A stretch of 36,375 nt of DNA, from IMG/VR virus record IMGVR_UViG_3300010366_000029, positions 1 through 36,375 of that record. One strand, written 5' to 3'. This DNA is from a virus. Lineage: Duplodnaviria; Caudoviricetes. Made by a program: the position numbers and the translations under genes. Positions 17,525-26,955 of the stretch are shown in pieces. Numbering within the stretch: the stretch's first letter is position 1; each line of letters starts with the position of its first letter. The notes under the pieces are model-generated. The model saw only the letters and a program-made list of their open reading frames with translations. It was not told the origin of the DNA and did not search any database.

Positions 17525-19407
17525 CAGGGGCTCCCTGACGCACCAGGCAGGCCATTCTTGCCATTTTGCCCTGGGACACCGCCAAAGACCTGGGCCAGTT
17601 GCGAAATGGGATTGGCACTCTGCTGGGCCTGCATCTGCTCGATTTCCGGCAACGGGTCCACGAGATAATGCCGTGGGTCACTCACGTCGCTAAACGTGCG
17701 CAGGACACGCTCCATAAACTCATTCGTGGCGGCAATGGCTTTTTCGAGCACCGTCCGCAAGGCCGGGGAGACCTGGGGTTGACTGGCCATCATGCTGGCC
17801 TGCACCATCTCTTGCATGTACTGGCGGTAGATATTGCCCAGGAGCATGGCGTTTTGCTGTTCGACCTGCTTGTTCATCTGGGCACTGGTGACGGTCAGTT
17901 CAATCTGGATACTGTTGTCAAAGTCCTCGTTGAGGAGCGTATCCATGTAGAGCTGCGCGTTCTCTGGGCCTAAGGCCTGCATGAGATACCGCGGCAGACG
18001 GGTGTCGCCACGCATCAGCCGCTCCTGCTCCCGGTACAGGCATTCCCTGACCAGACAGGCCGCCGCACTGCGGAAGGACGTGAAAAATGGCGTGTGACGC
18101 TGGTTCACCTGGGAGAGCATCTGCATGGTGGTCGTGGCTGGCGTGCGACCGGGGATCTGTTCAGGACGTGCCGTACTTAAGTCGTTAATCCCGGTCATGC
18201 GCTCCGCAAAGCCAATCGCCACCTGAAGCAGCCCATTCATGCCGGGGTAGACTTCGCTCATCTTCAGTTCTTGAATGCGATCAGGGTCGGTACTGCCCAG
18301 GTAGAGCCCTGGATAGGCCAGCACGGTATCACCCTCGATGGCCCCAATGGGCCCTTTGTACATCCGGCAATTGGCCAAAAACTCGTTATCAATCCAATGG
18401 TTGAGCGCATCAGTGGCAATCGTCGTCGCACTGGCAATAATCCGTGGCACGCCACGCCCGTAAAACTTAAATTCCTCGATGTCGAAGTGGGCAATGACGA
18501 TGTTGCGATGGTCATACGGGAACCAGTCAACGGCAAGAATCTGCCTGCCGGTATGATTGAACCACACCAGCAAGTCTTCGTTTTCGCCATCGCCATCGAG
18601 ATCAAAGCAGCACGAGACTTTGAAAATATCGTAGATGTCGGTGCGGCTAGCGTTGCCATATTGTCTGGCGAACCGCTCACGTTCCTGGGTTTCCCGTGAC
18701 ACGCCGCCCTGTGCGCGTGCCATGTCCACATCCCAACCCTGCCGCACGGCTTCTTCGGTGAGCTTCTCCGGTCCCCATTCGTAGCGAATGGCAATCCACG
18801 GCAGATCATGAATGTCATAACTGGCACCTCCAGGCACGAAGATACTCTCGAGGGGCAACGGCTCGATACGTGCCCCGGCGCGCTCGACGCGCAGATAGCG
18901 GCCTTTCAGCGCCTGCTCGGTCCAGTTCACCTGCCAGACGCCCGTGCCGAGTTTCACCACGTCTTTCCCAGCATGATAGAGCGATGGCAGGAAATTCCAG
19001 CCTAACCCGCCATAGGTGGCTTCGGCTTCCGAGTTCAGCTCGTGATCGATACGGACCTGCACGGCTTTGGCGCGATCACCCCAGAGGTCCGAGGCTGCAC
19101 GCACCGTGATAATCGGACTGGCTTCTGTGGTGATCGCAAACACCGTCGCAAAGATGGCATCACTGGCGATCGAGGCAAGGGGAGCAACGCGGTTGGAGGC
19201 ATTCAGATAGGGGACATCGCGGGTCGTGTCGGTGGGTTCGCCGTAGTAATGCCTGCGGGCTTCCGACCAGGTGCGCTCGAGGCTGAACCGATCGGCCATG
19301 GCGTTTTCAATTTCCGTGTACAGCCACCCCGTGAGCGCTTCACGACGGTCCCGCGTCAGACGCGGCGACGTGTCGAGTGGCTGGGGATCACGGCTGACAA
19401 ATCTCAC
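17524..19407 (-). CDS. portal protein (627 aa)
   Basis: KLGTGVWQV, FYGRGV, AERMTGI, RTPATTT motifs and Q-rich C-terminus; GTG start at 19407 with AAGGGG RBS. Confidence 0.88.
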   Translation of the reverse strand: MRFVSRDPQPLDTSPRLTRDRREALTGWLYTEIENAMADRFSLERTWSEARRHYYGEPTDTTRDVPYLNASNRVAPLASIASDAIFATVFAITTEASPIITVRAASDLWGDRAKAVQVRIDHELNSEAEATYGGLGWNFLPSLYHAGKDVVKLGTGVWQVNWTEQALKGRYLRVERAGARIEPLPLESIFVPGGASYDIHDLPWIAIRYEWGPEKLTEEAVRQGWDVDMARAQGGVSRETQERERFARQYGNASRTDIYDIFKVSCCFDLDGDGENEDLLVWFNHTGRQILAVDWFPYDHRNIVIAHFDIEEFKFYGRGVPRIIASATTIATDALNHWIDNEFLANCRMYKGPIGAIEGDTVLAYPGLYLGSTDPDRIQELKMSEVYPGMNGLLQVAIGFAERMTGINDLSTARPEQIPGRTPATTTMQMLSQVNQRHTPFFTSFRSAAACLVRECLYREQERLMRGDTRLPRYLMQALGPENAQLYMDTLLNEDFDNSIQIELTVTSAQMNKQVEQQNAMLLGNIYRQYMQEMVQASMMASQPQVSPALRTVLEKAIAATNEFMERVLRTFSDVSDPRHYLVDPLPEIEQMQAQQSANPISQLAQVFGGVPGQNGKNGLPGASGSP

Positions 19408-19571
19408 GCATTCCCCTTTGCCTGCCGGGAGAGCAGCGTCCACTCGAGGTACGCCTCGACGGCACGAAACAGATCCAGGTCCGCATCCACAGGGGTCTCT
19501 AACCGGAGCAGCTCCGTCACCACCTGAGCACACAACCGGTACAACTCATGCGGCACATCAGACTCAGCCAT
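19404..19571 (-). CDS. small hypothetical protein (55 aa)
   Basis: AAGGA RBS; MAESDVPHEL...; stop overlaps the portal GTG. Confidence 0.55.
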   Translation of the reverse strand: MAESDVPHELYRLCAQVVTELLRLETPVDADLDLFRAVEAYLEWTLLSRQAKGNA

Positions 19572-19580
19572 AGCGGTCCT

Positions 19581-19754
19581 TTAGGATGGCGGACTTGACG
19601 GCGCGGACCCTTGCGGCGGCGCACTGGAGGGCTGATAGACAGCGGGCAGTGTCGCCAGTCGAAACGCCTCCTGCAACTCAGCCTCTGACTTCGGCAAATC
19701 ACCAGGGATAACCACGGAACCCATCCACACTGGCGAGGGCATAAACGTACTCAT
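19581..19754 (-). CDS. small Pro-rich hypothetical protein
   Basis: GGAGG RBS, ATGA overlap. Confidence 0.5.
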   Translation of the reverse strand: MSTFMPSPVWMGSVVIPGDLPKSEAELQEAFRLATLPAVYQPSSAPPQGSAPSSPPS

Positions 19755-20089
19755 GCGGCGATTCCTCCCGCTTGATCGAGGTCTTCCGGTATCGCCTGGA
19801 ACACCGTCAGCGATGACGGAGACGCATTCCACAGCAGCAACATCCCGCCAGGCATCATGTCCACATCACCCAACGTCACGGTTTGCCGCTCCTCACCTTC
19901 TAAAATGACCATCTGGATCGCCTGGAGCGTATCAATCGGCAGCGTGATCTGGCCCGTATCGCCAGGCACCATGGCGTGAAATAAGGCCGACGAATCACAC
20001 TGCAAGCGCCTGGTCCAGGCCTGCATGCCAGGCACCAGTTGGCCGTTCTTACGGAGCGTAATGGCTATCTCGAACGTATCTTGCCTCAT
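19751..20089 (-). CDS. hypothetical virion-associated protein
   Basis: 112 aa beta-rich, tiles the operon. Confidence 0.55.
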   Translation of the reverse strand: MRQDTFEIAITLRKNGQLVPGMQAWTRRLQCDSSALFHAMVPGDTGQITLPIDTLQAIQMVILEGEERQTVTLGDVDMMPGGMLLLWNASPSSLTVFQAIPEDLDQAGGIAA

Positions 20090-20090
20090 G

Positions 20091-20462
20091 TCATACCCCT
20101 ACACGATGCCAACCAATGGTGCCGATCACCGTCGCCCCACCAGGCACCCGGTAAAAGTACGTGCGTCCCTCGTGCTTGACACCAATCCGGTACATCCGAT
20201 TATCCACGCCACGGAGCAGAAATCCCGGCGACACCACATGCCCAGTACCCGAGGGCTGCGTGGGCGTGGTGCGGAGTTGTCCCGTATACCACGCCTGGAT
20301 ATAGCGGATCGTCCCCTGCGCGTCGGCACAGGTCCAGTAATCAAACGGCGGCGGTCTCGGAAAGGGCGGCACATCGGTCAGTTCGATTTGCGGGGTCTCC
20401 CCAATCGAGATGTACCACACGTGCCCCTGGGTGTCCCTGAGTGCCCCTGAGGTGCGGCTCAT
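20091..20462 (-). CDS. small protein with three fibre-type beta-hairpin repeats
   Basis: LRDTQGHVWYISI / CADAQGTIRYIQA / LRGVDNRMYRIGV. Confidence 0.6.
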   Translation of the reverse strand: MSRTSGALRDTQGHVWYISIGETPQIELTDVPPFPRPPPFDYWTCADAQGTIRYIQAWYTGQLRTTPTQPSGTGHVVSPGFLLRGVDNRMYRIGVKHEGRTYFYRVPGGATVIGTIGWHRVGV

Positions 20463-22387
20463 GAGGCCACCGGACCAAACACGGCGGCTTCCAGGTTGTG
20501 GACCCGTCCTTCTAACTGTTCGATGTACAGATACGCTTCTTCGAGACTCGCCAGCATGGCATCCCCACCATCAAACACGCCCAGATGCCCATTGCCCCTC
20601 GCCCTGGCTTCGGCAATGCGGGGCAACTGGTAATGCGTTTTGGCGTAGGTCATGATCTCTGCGAGCGGCTGCAGTCCGTGGTACTCCGCCGCGCCATCTT
20701 TGTCGGCATGCTGCACAATCGTGCCGGTGGCGGCATGCTCGAAGACATAATCGGGATGGTTGTATATCGACCCATTCAGATAGATATTCCCCCCCGTATT
20801 GATCGTCCCCGGCCCCATGATCGTATCACCCACCGAGGCCACCGAGAGCCCGCCATGGAGACTCCAGTTGCCTCCCGACCCATCCAGAATGCCCCATTTG
20901 ACCGTGGGCACTGGCGGCGGAGAGCCGGGCGTTGACGGCAAATTGCCGATGTAGAGACCAATCGCATTGGCCACCGTCCCCGCGTTGGTCGTCACATCGC
21001 AGTAAAACGCCGCCCACGTATCGGTGGCCGAGTTCGCATCGGACACCATGACCGACGACACCCCGCGTAAGGTCTGCATATGCCCACCGCCAGACAGGGC
21101 ATTGCGCGACTGCACCACCAGGTTGCGCGACACCAGATGCGACACGCCGGAATTGGCTTCCAGACGATATTTCAGCAACGCGCCACCATGATTCAAATCC
21201 AGGGTATCGGGTAACCTATCGACCACATCGGTGAGCACCATGCCATTGGTCTGCACCGCAAACGGTTCAGCTCCATGAATGACGGAATCGGCAGGTTTGG
21301 ACTGACGCAGCGACAGAAACCGTGCCGCACCCGCCGAGTCATCCATGTCGATATACGCCTGGTAGGCGGCAATCTGAATCGACATCGGCGCGACGGTGTT
21401 GGCAATGCCATACTGCATGCGTGCCCCGGAGTAGTGCAGCATGGTCACGAACGACGCCACATCACGGGCCAGAGGACTCGGACCCACCACGCACTGCACG
21501 CATGTGGACTGCCCAGGGGTGGCATACGTGGATGGCGCGATCTGCGCGGCCACGGCCACACAGGCCCCCGTCTGGGTGGCAACATTTTCCCCGAACGCCG
21601 CAATATGCGCCGCTTTCGTCGCCCCAGCCCCCGCATTTGACGTCGAGAGCACCGTGGCATACACCGCCCCGTAGGCCCCGGACGCCGCATCCATCCGCAT
21701 GACCGAGGAGATGCCCGAGACCGTGCCGTAGTCGCCGACCACGAAGTTGCTATAATCGTTGGTCGCTTGCGAAATGGAGACCATCGCAACATGGGCATAG
21801 CCCGCCACCACGTGCGCCAGCGGTGAGCCCGACAGGGCGCCTGGGGCGAGCGCCACCACCTGCCCCAACGCCGTTGGCCCGGCAAGATCGTAGCTGGGGG
21901 TGACCTGCCACACATGCTTGCCGGTCCACGTCGGCGTAATCGCCTGGCTCAGGGCTGGTGCTGCATCACTGCGCATGGCGGTCGATGCCGTGCCATTGAT
22001 GGCGGTAAGGCCAATCTGCTGTGTCGGGTTCCCTACCGCCGTCTGTGGTTGCCCATCATAAATCCACCGGGTGACCGTCAGCGTGCCCGTGCCCGTATAC
22101 CAGCCCGTCCGCAGCGTGGCCATGAGGAGACCAATGGTCAGCGTCCCAGCACCACCAATGGTGCAGCCATCTGGCACCCACAGCATAATGTTCGGCGGGA
22201 TCACGAGGGTCGCGGAGACCGTCCAGGCGGAGGGAGGCAGGTAGAGCGTGGCTTGTCTGGAGCCGAGATCGTTCAGTTGGGCTTGAATGGCATTCTGGGT
22301 GAACACGTCCACAAATTCGGGATGGTTGGCCCACACGTGGGTTAAGCCAATGTCCTCTTCATTCAGCTGCGTACGCGAAAATACCAT
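20459..22387 (-). CDS. tail fibre/spike protein with C-terminal intramolecular chaperone (peptidase S74-like)
   Basis: 642 aa; AIQAQLN..LYLPPSAW N-terminus; C-terminal PDYVFE...LQPLAEI..Y....YQLP...LEEAYLYIEQLEGRV. Confidence 0.78.
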   Translation of the reverse strand: MVFSRTQLNEEDIGLTHVWANHPEFVDVFTQNAIQAQLNDLGSRQATLYLPPSAWTVSATLVIPPNIMLWVPDGCTIGGAGTLTIGLLMATLRTGWYTGTGTLTVTRWIYDGQPQTAVGNPTQQIGLTAINGTASTAMRSDAAPALSQAITPTWTGKHVWQVTPSYDLAGPTALGQVVALAPGALSGSPLAHVVAGYAHVAMVSISQATNDYSNFVVGDYGTVSGISSVMRMDAASGAYGAVYATVLSTSNAGAGATKAAHIAAFGENVATQTGACVAVAAQIAPSTYATPGQSTCVQCVVGPSPLARDVASFVTMLHYSGARMQYGIANTVAPMSIQIAAYQAYIDMDDSAGAARFLSLRQSKPADSVIHGAEPFAVQTNGMVLTDVVDRLPDTLDLNHGGALLKYRLEANSGVSHLVSRNLVVQSRNALSGGGHMQTLRGVSSVMVSDANSATDTWAAFYCDVTTNAGTVANAIGLYIGNLPSTPGSPPPVPTVKWGILDGSGGNWSLHGGLSVASVGDTIMGPGTINTGGNIYLNGSIYNHPDYVFEHAATGTIVQHADKDGAAEYHGLQPLAEIMTYAKTHYQLPRIAEARARGNGHLGVFDGGDAMLASLEEAYLYIEQLEGRVHNLEAAVFGPVAS

Positions 22388-22522
22388 ATATCACAAAGCC
22401 CCATATTGTATAGGGGACGATATGTCAGCTACACTTGTGACTGAGACTGTGGCTCCATTGAAGCAGCCGCACCCAGATCAACGAAGACGATCTCGGCCTT
22501 GTTTTCCACGGTCTCACACACC

Positions 22523-22825
22523 TCACGCACCTCCTGGGGGCGCATTGCCGAGCGCAATGGTGACGAGCCCCCCACCAATCGCTGGCAACTTAAAGCCGCT
22601 TCTCCACCAGCGCTCGATAATCGCGTGTTCATTGACCTGTGCGGCCAGGGCGACACTACTCCACAACACTTCGTTCGCGGCATCGGTAATCTGTACCGCG
22701 CTGGTCCCGGCCGTTAAACCAGTCCCCGTCCACCTGATATATTTGACATACGCCTGCTCAGTGCTGACAAACCCAGCCGCAACCGTATCCAATAACCACC
22801 GATCGGCCACGAAATGGTTCGCCAT
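22523..22825 (-). CDS. hypothetical virion-associated protein
   Basis: 100 aa, TAATG coupling. Confidence 0.6.
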   Translation of the reverse strand: MANHFVADRWLLDTVAAGFVSTEQAYVKYIRWTGTGLTAGTSAVQITDAANEVLWSSVALAAQVNEHAIIERWWRSGFKLPAIGGGLVTIALGNAPPGGA

Positions 22826-22986
22826 TAGGACACCGTGATGCGCTTACTGTTCACTTTGTCTTTGCCGCCCGTGTTGTGCTTGCGGCTCCACGACCCCTGA
22901 ATCCGCGGCGAACCCGGACCCGTATTCCCCGGCTGATTGTCATTCCCCTGCGACTTATCCCGCTGCTCACCTGTCCCCGTTGCCAT
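22825..22986 (-). CDS. small hydrophilic protein (53 aa)
   Basis: GGGAGG RBS; MATGTGEQRD...RITVS. Confidence 0.6.
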   Translation of the reverse strand: MATGTGEQRDKSQGNDNQPGNTGPGSPRIQGSWSRKHNTGGKDKVNSKRITVS

Positions 22987-23078
22987 AGACTGGCCTCCCA
23001 CAGCTTGAGGCCCCTGAGTGTTCCCTCTCAGGAGCCCAAGACCTGCATATGCTTCATGTTACGGAACCGTAGAGCTTT

Positions 23079-23107
23079 ATGGTAATAAGCACCATTTATC
23101 AAGTCAA
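23079..23107 (-). promoter_or_regulatory. sigma70-type promoter for the virion operon
   Basis: TTGACT-17 bp-TACCAT with AT-rich upstream tract, in an intergenic gap. Confidence 0.7.
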
Positions 23108-23185
23108 TAGATAAAGTAAAAAAATTACTGCGTGCGAGAATACGGGGGGGATGTCAGTGGGACATCGGTGGCCAGAAGTGGGAAA

Positions 23186-23794
23186 CTAGCGCCAGCGGTC
23201 TTTGACGTGCTCAGGGGCTCTGGCCCGGTCGAGGTAGGTGAGAATCGCACCCCGCGTGTCATTCACGTGGTGAATCGTCTGGGGACGTGGCATGAGGGAG
23301 AGACATCCCGCCAGAGCATCCAAGAGGTCCATCGTGGCGCCACTGGGGAAATCGGTGAGTTCGTTCGTGAGAGCACGCATATGACTCATCACACACAGAC
23401 GTCCCTGCGCGATGAGTGGCTGAATCGCTTCCCTGATCCTGGCATCCTTCGCGTCATCGGTGTACTGCGTGCCTTCGGTCAGGGGCAGACGTATGCCACG
23501 CCGGGTCGCTTCATCCATCACATGCGAATAGAGCAGATACTGCTGGCCAGCCGTCTCTATGGCCATCTGCACCGGATGATACGTGGCGTACACCTGAAAG
23601 AGTTGGTCCGTCAGCTCGGTCGTCGAGGCCCTCTCAGCCCAGGCATATCGCACGTGGATATACGCCGGGGGCGCATGACAGGCCACGATCAAGGCCGAAC
23701 GGGCTCGCCCTCGTCTCGATTGCTTGCGCCCTGACGCAGGATCGAGATATCCGTAGCATGGCCCCCGGAGTTCGAGCTTCCCTTCAGGCACCAT
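23186..23794 (-). CDS. terminase large subunit, RNase H-fold nuclease domain (separate gene)
   Basis: YLDPAS, SALIV, MAIETAGQQ, KDARI, ELTDFPSGATMDLLDALA; own AGGAG RBS. Confidence 0.88.
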   Translation of the reverse strand: MVPEGKLELRGPCYGYLDPASGRKQSRRGRARSALIVACHAPPAYIHVRYAWAERASTTELTDQLFQVYATYHPVQMAIETAGQQYLLYSHVMDEATRRGIRLPLTEGTQYTDDAKDARIREAIQPLIAQGRLCVMSHMRALTNELTDFPSGATMDLLDALAGCLSLMPRPQTIHHVNDTRGAILTYLDRARAPEHVKDRWR

Positions 23795-25097
23795 ATCTCT
23801 CCTGATACTCGTGTTTCATCCACACCCCTCGCAGTCCTTCCTTGAGGTCCGGACGATGCCGTTCGTAGGTGTCGGGAGTCAGCCTGGTGCCAACCGGGTA
23901 GACTTTCGGCAGCGGTCTGCCACGGCCAAAGTCCTCCCCTAAAATATGATCCCGTGGATCATCCTCCATCACCCACATGTCCTCCGTCTCCCGGTAATAC
24001 CGCAACGCCCCCACGTCAAATGCCACCAGTGTGGCGTGTCTGGGGTTGTTTAAATAGTTGAGCGCATACAGGTCCGGCTTGCCCTTCCTGGCCAGGTCGG
24101 CTTCGATGTCACTCAGCACATCCAGCGGATACACCTCCGGCCATAACGCCGTGCCATCCTCCTTCACGGCACTGTATCGCTGCACCTCGAGCCTGGCATC
24201 TTCCCGTTCCATCCGCACGTAAATGTCATTGTTCGACCAGTGTGTCCCCAGGAACCACTCGAGCGCATTCCGCTCCCGGTCATCAAAGAGGGCAGGCACC
24301 GCCGCGATCCAGTTATAAATCCGGTCCATGACCACCGCACTGAAGCGATCTTCTTCACCAATCAAGTCATCATAAATCGCACAGTTGTAATGATTCCCCG
24401 TGACCTTCGCATCCACACCCGTGGTCTCGATCGTGGCTTCCTTGAAGATCTCGTTGCGAGGGAAAAACAACCGGTCATTATTCCATGCCGTGGCCTGCCT
24501 CGACGGCTGCTCCCAAAAACACTGTGGCCAAAAGGCTCGGAGCAGACTGCTGGTTTCCACCTGCGTTCTGAGTTCTATGAGCTTCATCTGACTCAGTTTC
24601 GCGCCCTGAGAGGCCAGGAGTAACCGTGTGGATCTGCCCTCATTATGGCTCAAGTACCCAATCCGGTCCCGAAAGTACACATTACTCCCCTGGGGCTGAA
24701 TGAGCAGGTGTAAACATAACCCCTTGGTGAGGGTCGTCTTGAGACTGCCTCGCGGCGCCAGCAACAGTTTGCGTTTGGCACTGGGGCTCTGGAGAAACGT
24801 GCAATACTCCCCTTGCACATGCGGTTGCATTAACGTCGAGCCATTCATGAACACCAGGTTGAAGTAGTAGAGCGACCGTTCAGCGGTCTCCCGAATCGAC
24901 TGCACGACCACCGATTCCCCTTCCCCTACCGTCCCTGCCTGCCTCGGCTTCGGGGTCTCGGTGTCCCAACGATCGACGACCACCTCACGCTTCAGGCGTT
25001 CCGTGGCTTGTGCCATGACCTGCGCACGTTCCATCGGATGTAAATACGCCGCCTCAGTGCGCTTCCGTCTCCAACCCTTGGGTGGTGCCATTCGCAT
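23784..25097 (-). CDS. terL: terminase large subunit, ATPase domain
   Basis: Walker A LLLAPRGSLKTT, TGNHY, Walker B AIYDDLI, coupling motif GTHW, LWPE, YLNNP. Confidence 0.92.
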   Translation of the reverse strand: MRMAPPKGWRRKRTEAAYLHPMERAQVMAQATERLKREVVVDRWDTETPKPRQAGTVGEGESVVVQSIRETAERSLYYFNLVFMNGSTLMQPHVQGEYCTFLQSPSAKRKLLLAPRGSLKTTLTKGLCLHLLIQPQGSNVYFRDRIGYLSHNEGRSTRLLLASQGAKLSQMKLIELRTQVETSSLLRAFWPQCFWEQPSRQATAWNNDRLFFPRNEIFKEATIETTGVDAKVTGNHYNCAIYDDLIGEEDRFSAVVMDRIYNWIAAVPALFDDRERNALEWFLGTHWSNNDIYVRMEREDARLEVQRYSAVKEDGTALWPEVYPLDVLSDIEADLARKGKPDLYALNYLNNPRHATLVAFDVGALRYYRETEDMWVMEDDPRDHILGEDFGRGRPLPKVYPVGTRLTPDTYERHRPDLKEGLRGVWMKHEYQERYGA

Positions 25098-25548
25098 GCT
25101 CCGGTATGGCCCGAAAGGCCGCCATCACTCCCACTTCCCCCGCATTCACCGCCGACTTCAACATGACTTCCAGCGTGGCTTTATCCAGGGACAGGGCCAC
25201 ACCTCCCGGCGGCGTCTCCTTCTTCTCACCCAACGGCCCCTTGTCTAAGATCGCCTCCGCCGCATGTAACTGCACACTCTCACTCTCGGCATTGAGGAGC
25301 CTCCCCATACGCTCCAGGGCTGGCTCCTGTAAGGCTTCCATCCTGGCCACTAAGCGCTCCTCTAAGGTCTTGAACGCCCGGTCCCTACTCTCCTGCACTT
25401 CTCCCTGAAAGAGTGGCTCATGCTGCCATTTCTTCACGACCGCTAATGACACATTCGCATACTTCCCCGCCTCGGATTCGATATAGCCCAGCGCCAGATA
25501 CTGCGCCACCAGCTTCTGCTTCGTTGTTAAGCCTCGCTCCATCGCCAT
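25054..25548 (-). CDS. terS: terminase small subunit
   Basis: N-terminal HTH (LTTKQKLVAQYLALG...VVKKW), SESVQLHAAEAILDK; directly upstream of terL. Confidence 0.75.
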   Translation of the reverse strand: MAMERGLTTKQKLVAQYLALGYIESEAGKYANVSLAVVKKWQHEPLFQGEVQESRDRAFKTLEERLVARMEALQEPALERMGRLLNAESESVQLHAAEAILDKGPLGEKKETPPGGVALSLDKATLEVMLKSAVNAGEVGVMAAFRAIPEHANGTTQGLETEAH

Positions 25549-25599
25549 CCCTCCACCGCGCCATAACCTCATGCGACATATACACATAGCATAGACCAC

Positions 25600-26220
25600 G
25601 GCGCAATGCTACTGTGAGGCTATCATACGGCTAAATGGTCTATAAGGGTGGGAGGTGAGGTATCTATGGACGACAGGGACAGCATATGATGGCAAGCGCC
25701 TGGGGTGCCCCCCCCACCATGGCACAGAATATCGTAGAATGGCTATCCATCTTAACTAGTTGATATGGTTGAAGTTAGTGAGAAAGAATCGATAACCATG
25801 GTTTATGGCATAAATCTTGCAATATATTTATAGAGATATATATAATCTATCTATCTATCTTTAAGAGAGAGAGGAGGAGAAAGACAGACTGATACGGAAA
25901 TCACGCTTAGCGTAGCAGATGAGCAACGACGCCCTGTTCTCGATGCTCCCTGGCTGCTCCCAGAGTTTATGTCCCCTCAACATGATGTACACCTGAGGTA
26001 TACCTGCATCCGTTTATCGTATTACTGGTAATATAAGGCAGGTATACCCAGGGTATACCCCATGTATACGTGCATCCGTTAATGTATTACCCGTATTATA
26101 CATTACAAGTCTATTTGTATACGCGTTACGCGTGCACACGTGTTATGTGGCGTAGATACTGAGGTTTAGTGATAGAATTATTGCATTTATAACCTAGTAT
26201 GTGTAAAAAATACGCTAACA
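25600..26220. other. AT-rich non-coding region, candidate packaging/terminus and promoter region
   Basis: No ORF of 60 aa or more; (ATCT)n and (GA)n runs; repeated GGTATACC; sits upstream of terS at the strand switch. Confidence 0.5.
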
Positions 26221-26224
26221 AAAT

Positions 26225-26623
26225 GTGTGTAAGAGCATTATTATTCAACCGGATTCATCGTCACAAACAATCATATCCATTGTTAGGCATGACGTGTTTA
26301 ACTCACACACAGCATTGGTACGGTATCAGAGGATCATTGAATTAGCGATGCAGGGATGGGAGCAAAGAAGGATAGCGCGGGCATTAGGACTGCACTACAA
26401 CACAGTGTATGGGGCATTAAAGCGTAGCGATGTCCGCGCAGAGATCGCACGTCTCCAGCATGAAGCAGAGGAACGGATGCTGACCCAATGGCTGAGTCAT
26501 GTCGAGGGCATCCGAGAGCGGCGTGAGAACAAGTGGCAAGCAGTGGAAGATAAACGTGCGGAGAAGAAGCGGGAGTATAGTAGACGTGCGAAGCTCAAGA
26601 AGAAACGTGGGAGTACAGGATAG
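26225..26623 (+). CDS. helix-turn-helix DNA-binding protein
   Basis: GWEQRRIARALGLHYNTVYGAL; basic C-terminus; start uncertain. Confidence 0.7.
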   Translation: MCKSIIIQPDSSSQTIISIVRHDVFNSHTALVRYQRIIELAMQGWEQRRIARALGLHYNTVYGALKRSDVRAEIARLQHEAEERMLTQWLSHVEGIRERRENKWQAVEDKRAEKKREYSRRAKLKKKRGSTG

Positions 26624-26645
26624 GACTCCCACGGGCTGATGGTGG

Positions 26646-26858
26646 TCAAGGGACAGCCTTGTGGACATGTCGGAACACATCAAGACTAATGCCCAAGGCC
26701 GTAGCAATCCGTTGCACAATGCTAAATCGAGGGTCGACCTTATCGGATTCAATCTCAGAGAGGTATTTCTGAGACAGGCCAGCCGCTTGCCATAACTCTT
26801 TTTGTTTCCAGCCCTTATCGATACGTGCCTTGCGTATTTCCCTACCAAGTGTACTCAT
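26646..26858 (-). CDS. XRE-family transcriptional regulator
   Basis: IRKARIDKGWKQKEL..AAGLSQKYLSEIE..KVDP; GAGGAGG RBS. Confidence 0.9.
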   Translation of the reverse strand: MSTLGREIRKARIDKGWKQKELWQAAGLSQKYLSEIESDKVDPRFSIVQRIATALGISLDVFRHVHKAVP

Positions 26859-26926
26859 ATTTATCCCTCCTCTAGCAACAATGATACCGTAGCAGAAAAA
26901 AAATTGCCACACAGCCATAATTACCC

Positions 26927-26955
26927 TTGCGTATATCACTGAAGGGTTATATACT
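26927..26955 (+). promoter_or_regulatory. sigma70-type early promoter with overlapping inverted repeat
   Basis: TTGCGT-17 bp-TATACT; ACCCTT-N13-AAGGGT at 26923-26947. Confidence 0.7.

Noticed and set aside
16479-17693. 404-aa plus-strand ORF and other long plus-strand ORFs in 1-25,500
   Set aside because: Antisense shadows of GC-rich minus-strand genes, with no motifs
19408-19533. N-terminal extension of the portal ORF in the track
   Set aside because: Overlaps a separate 55-aa gene; the RBS supports GTG at 19407
23784-24000. Intron or programmed frameshift joining the two terminase ORFs
   Set aside because: No P/Q/R/S elements or clear slippery heptamer seen, and the second ORF has its own RBS; not fully excluded without RNA or protein data
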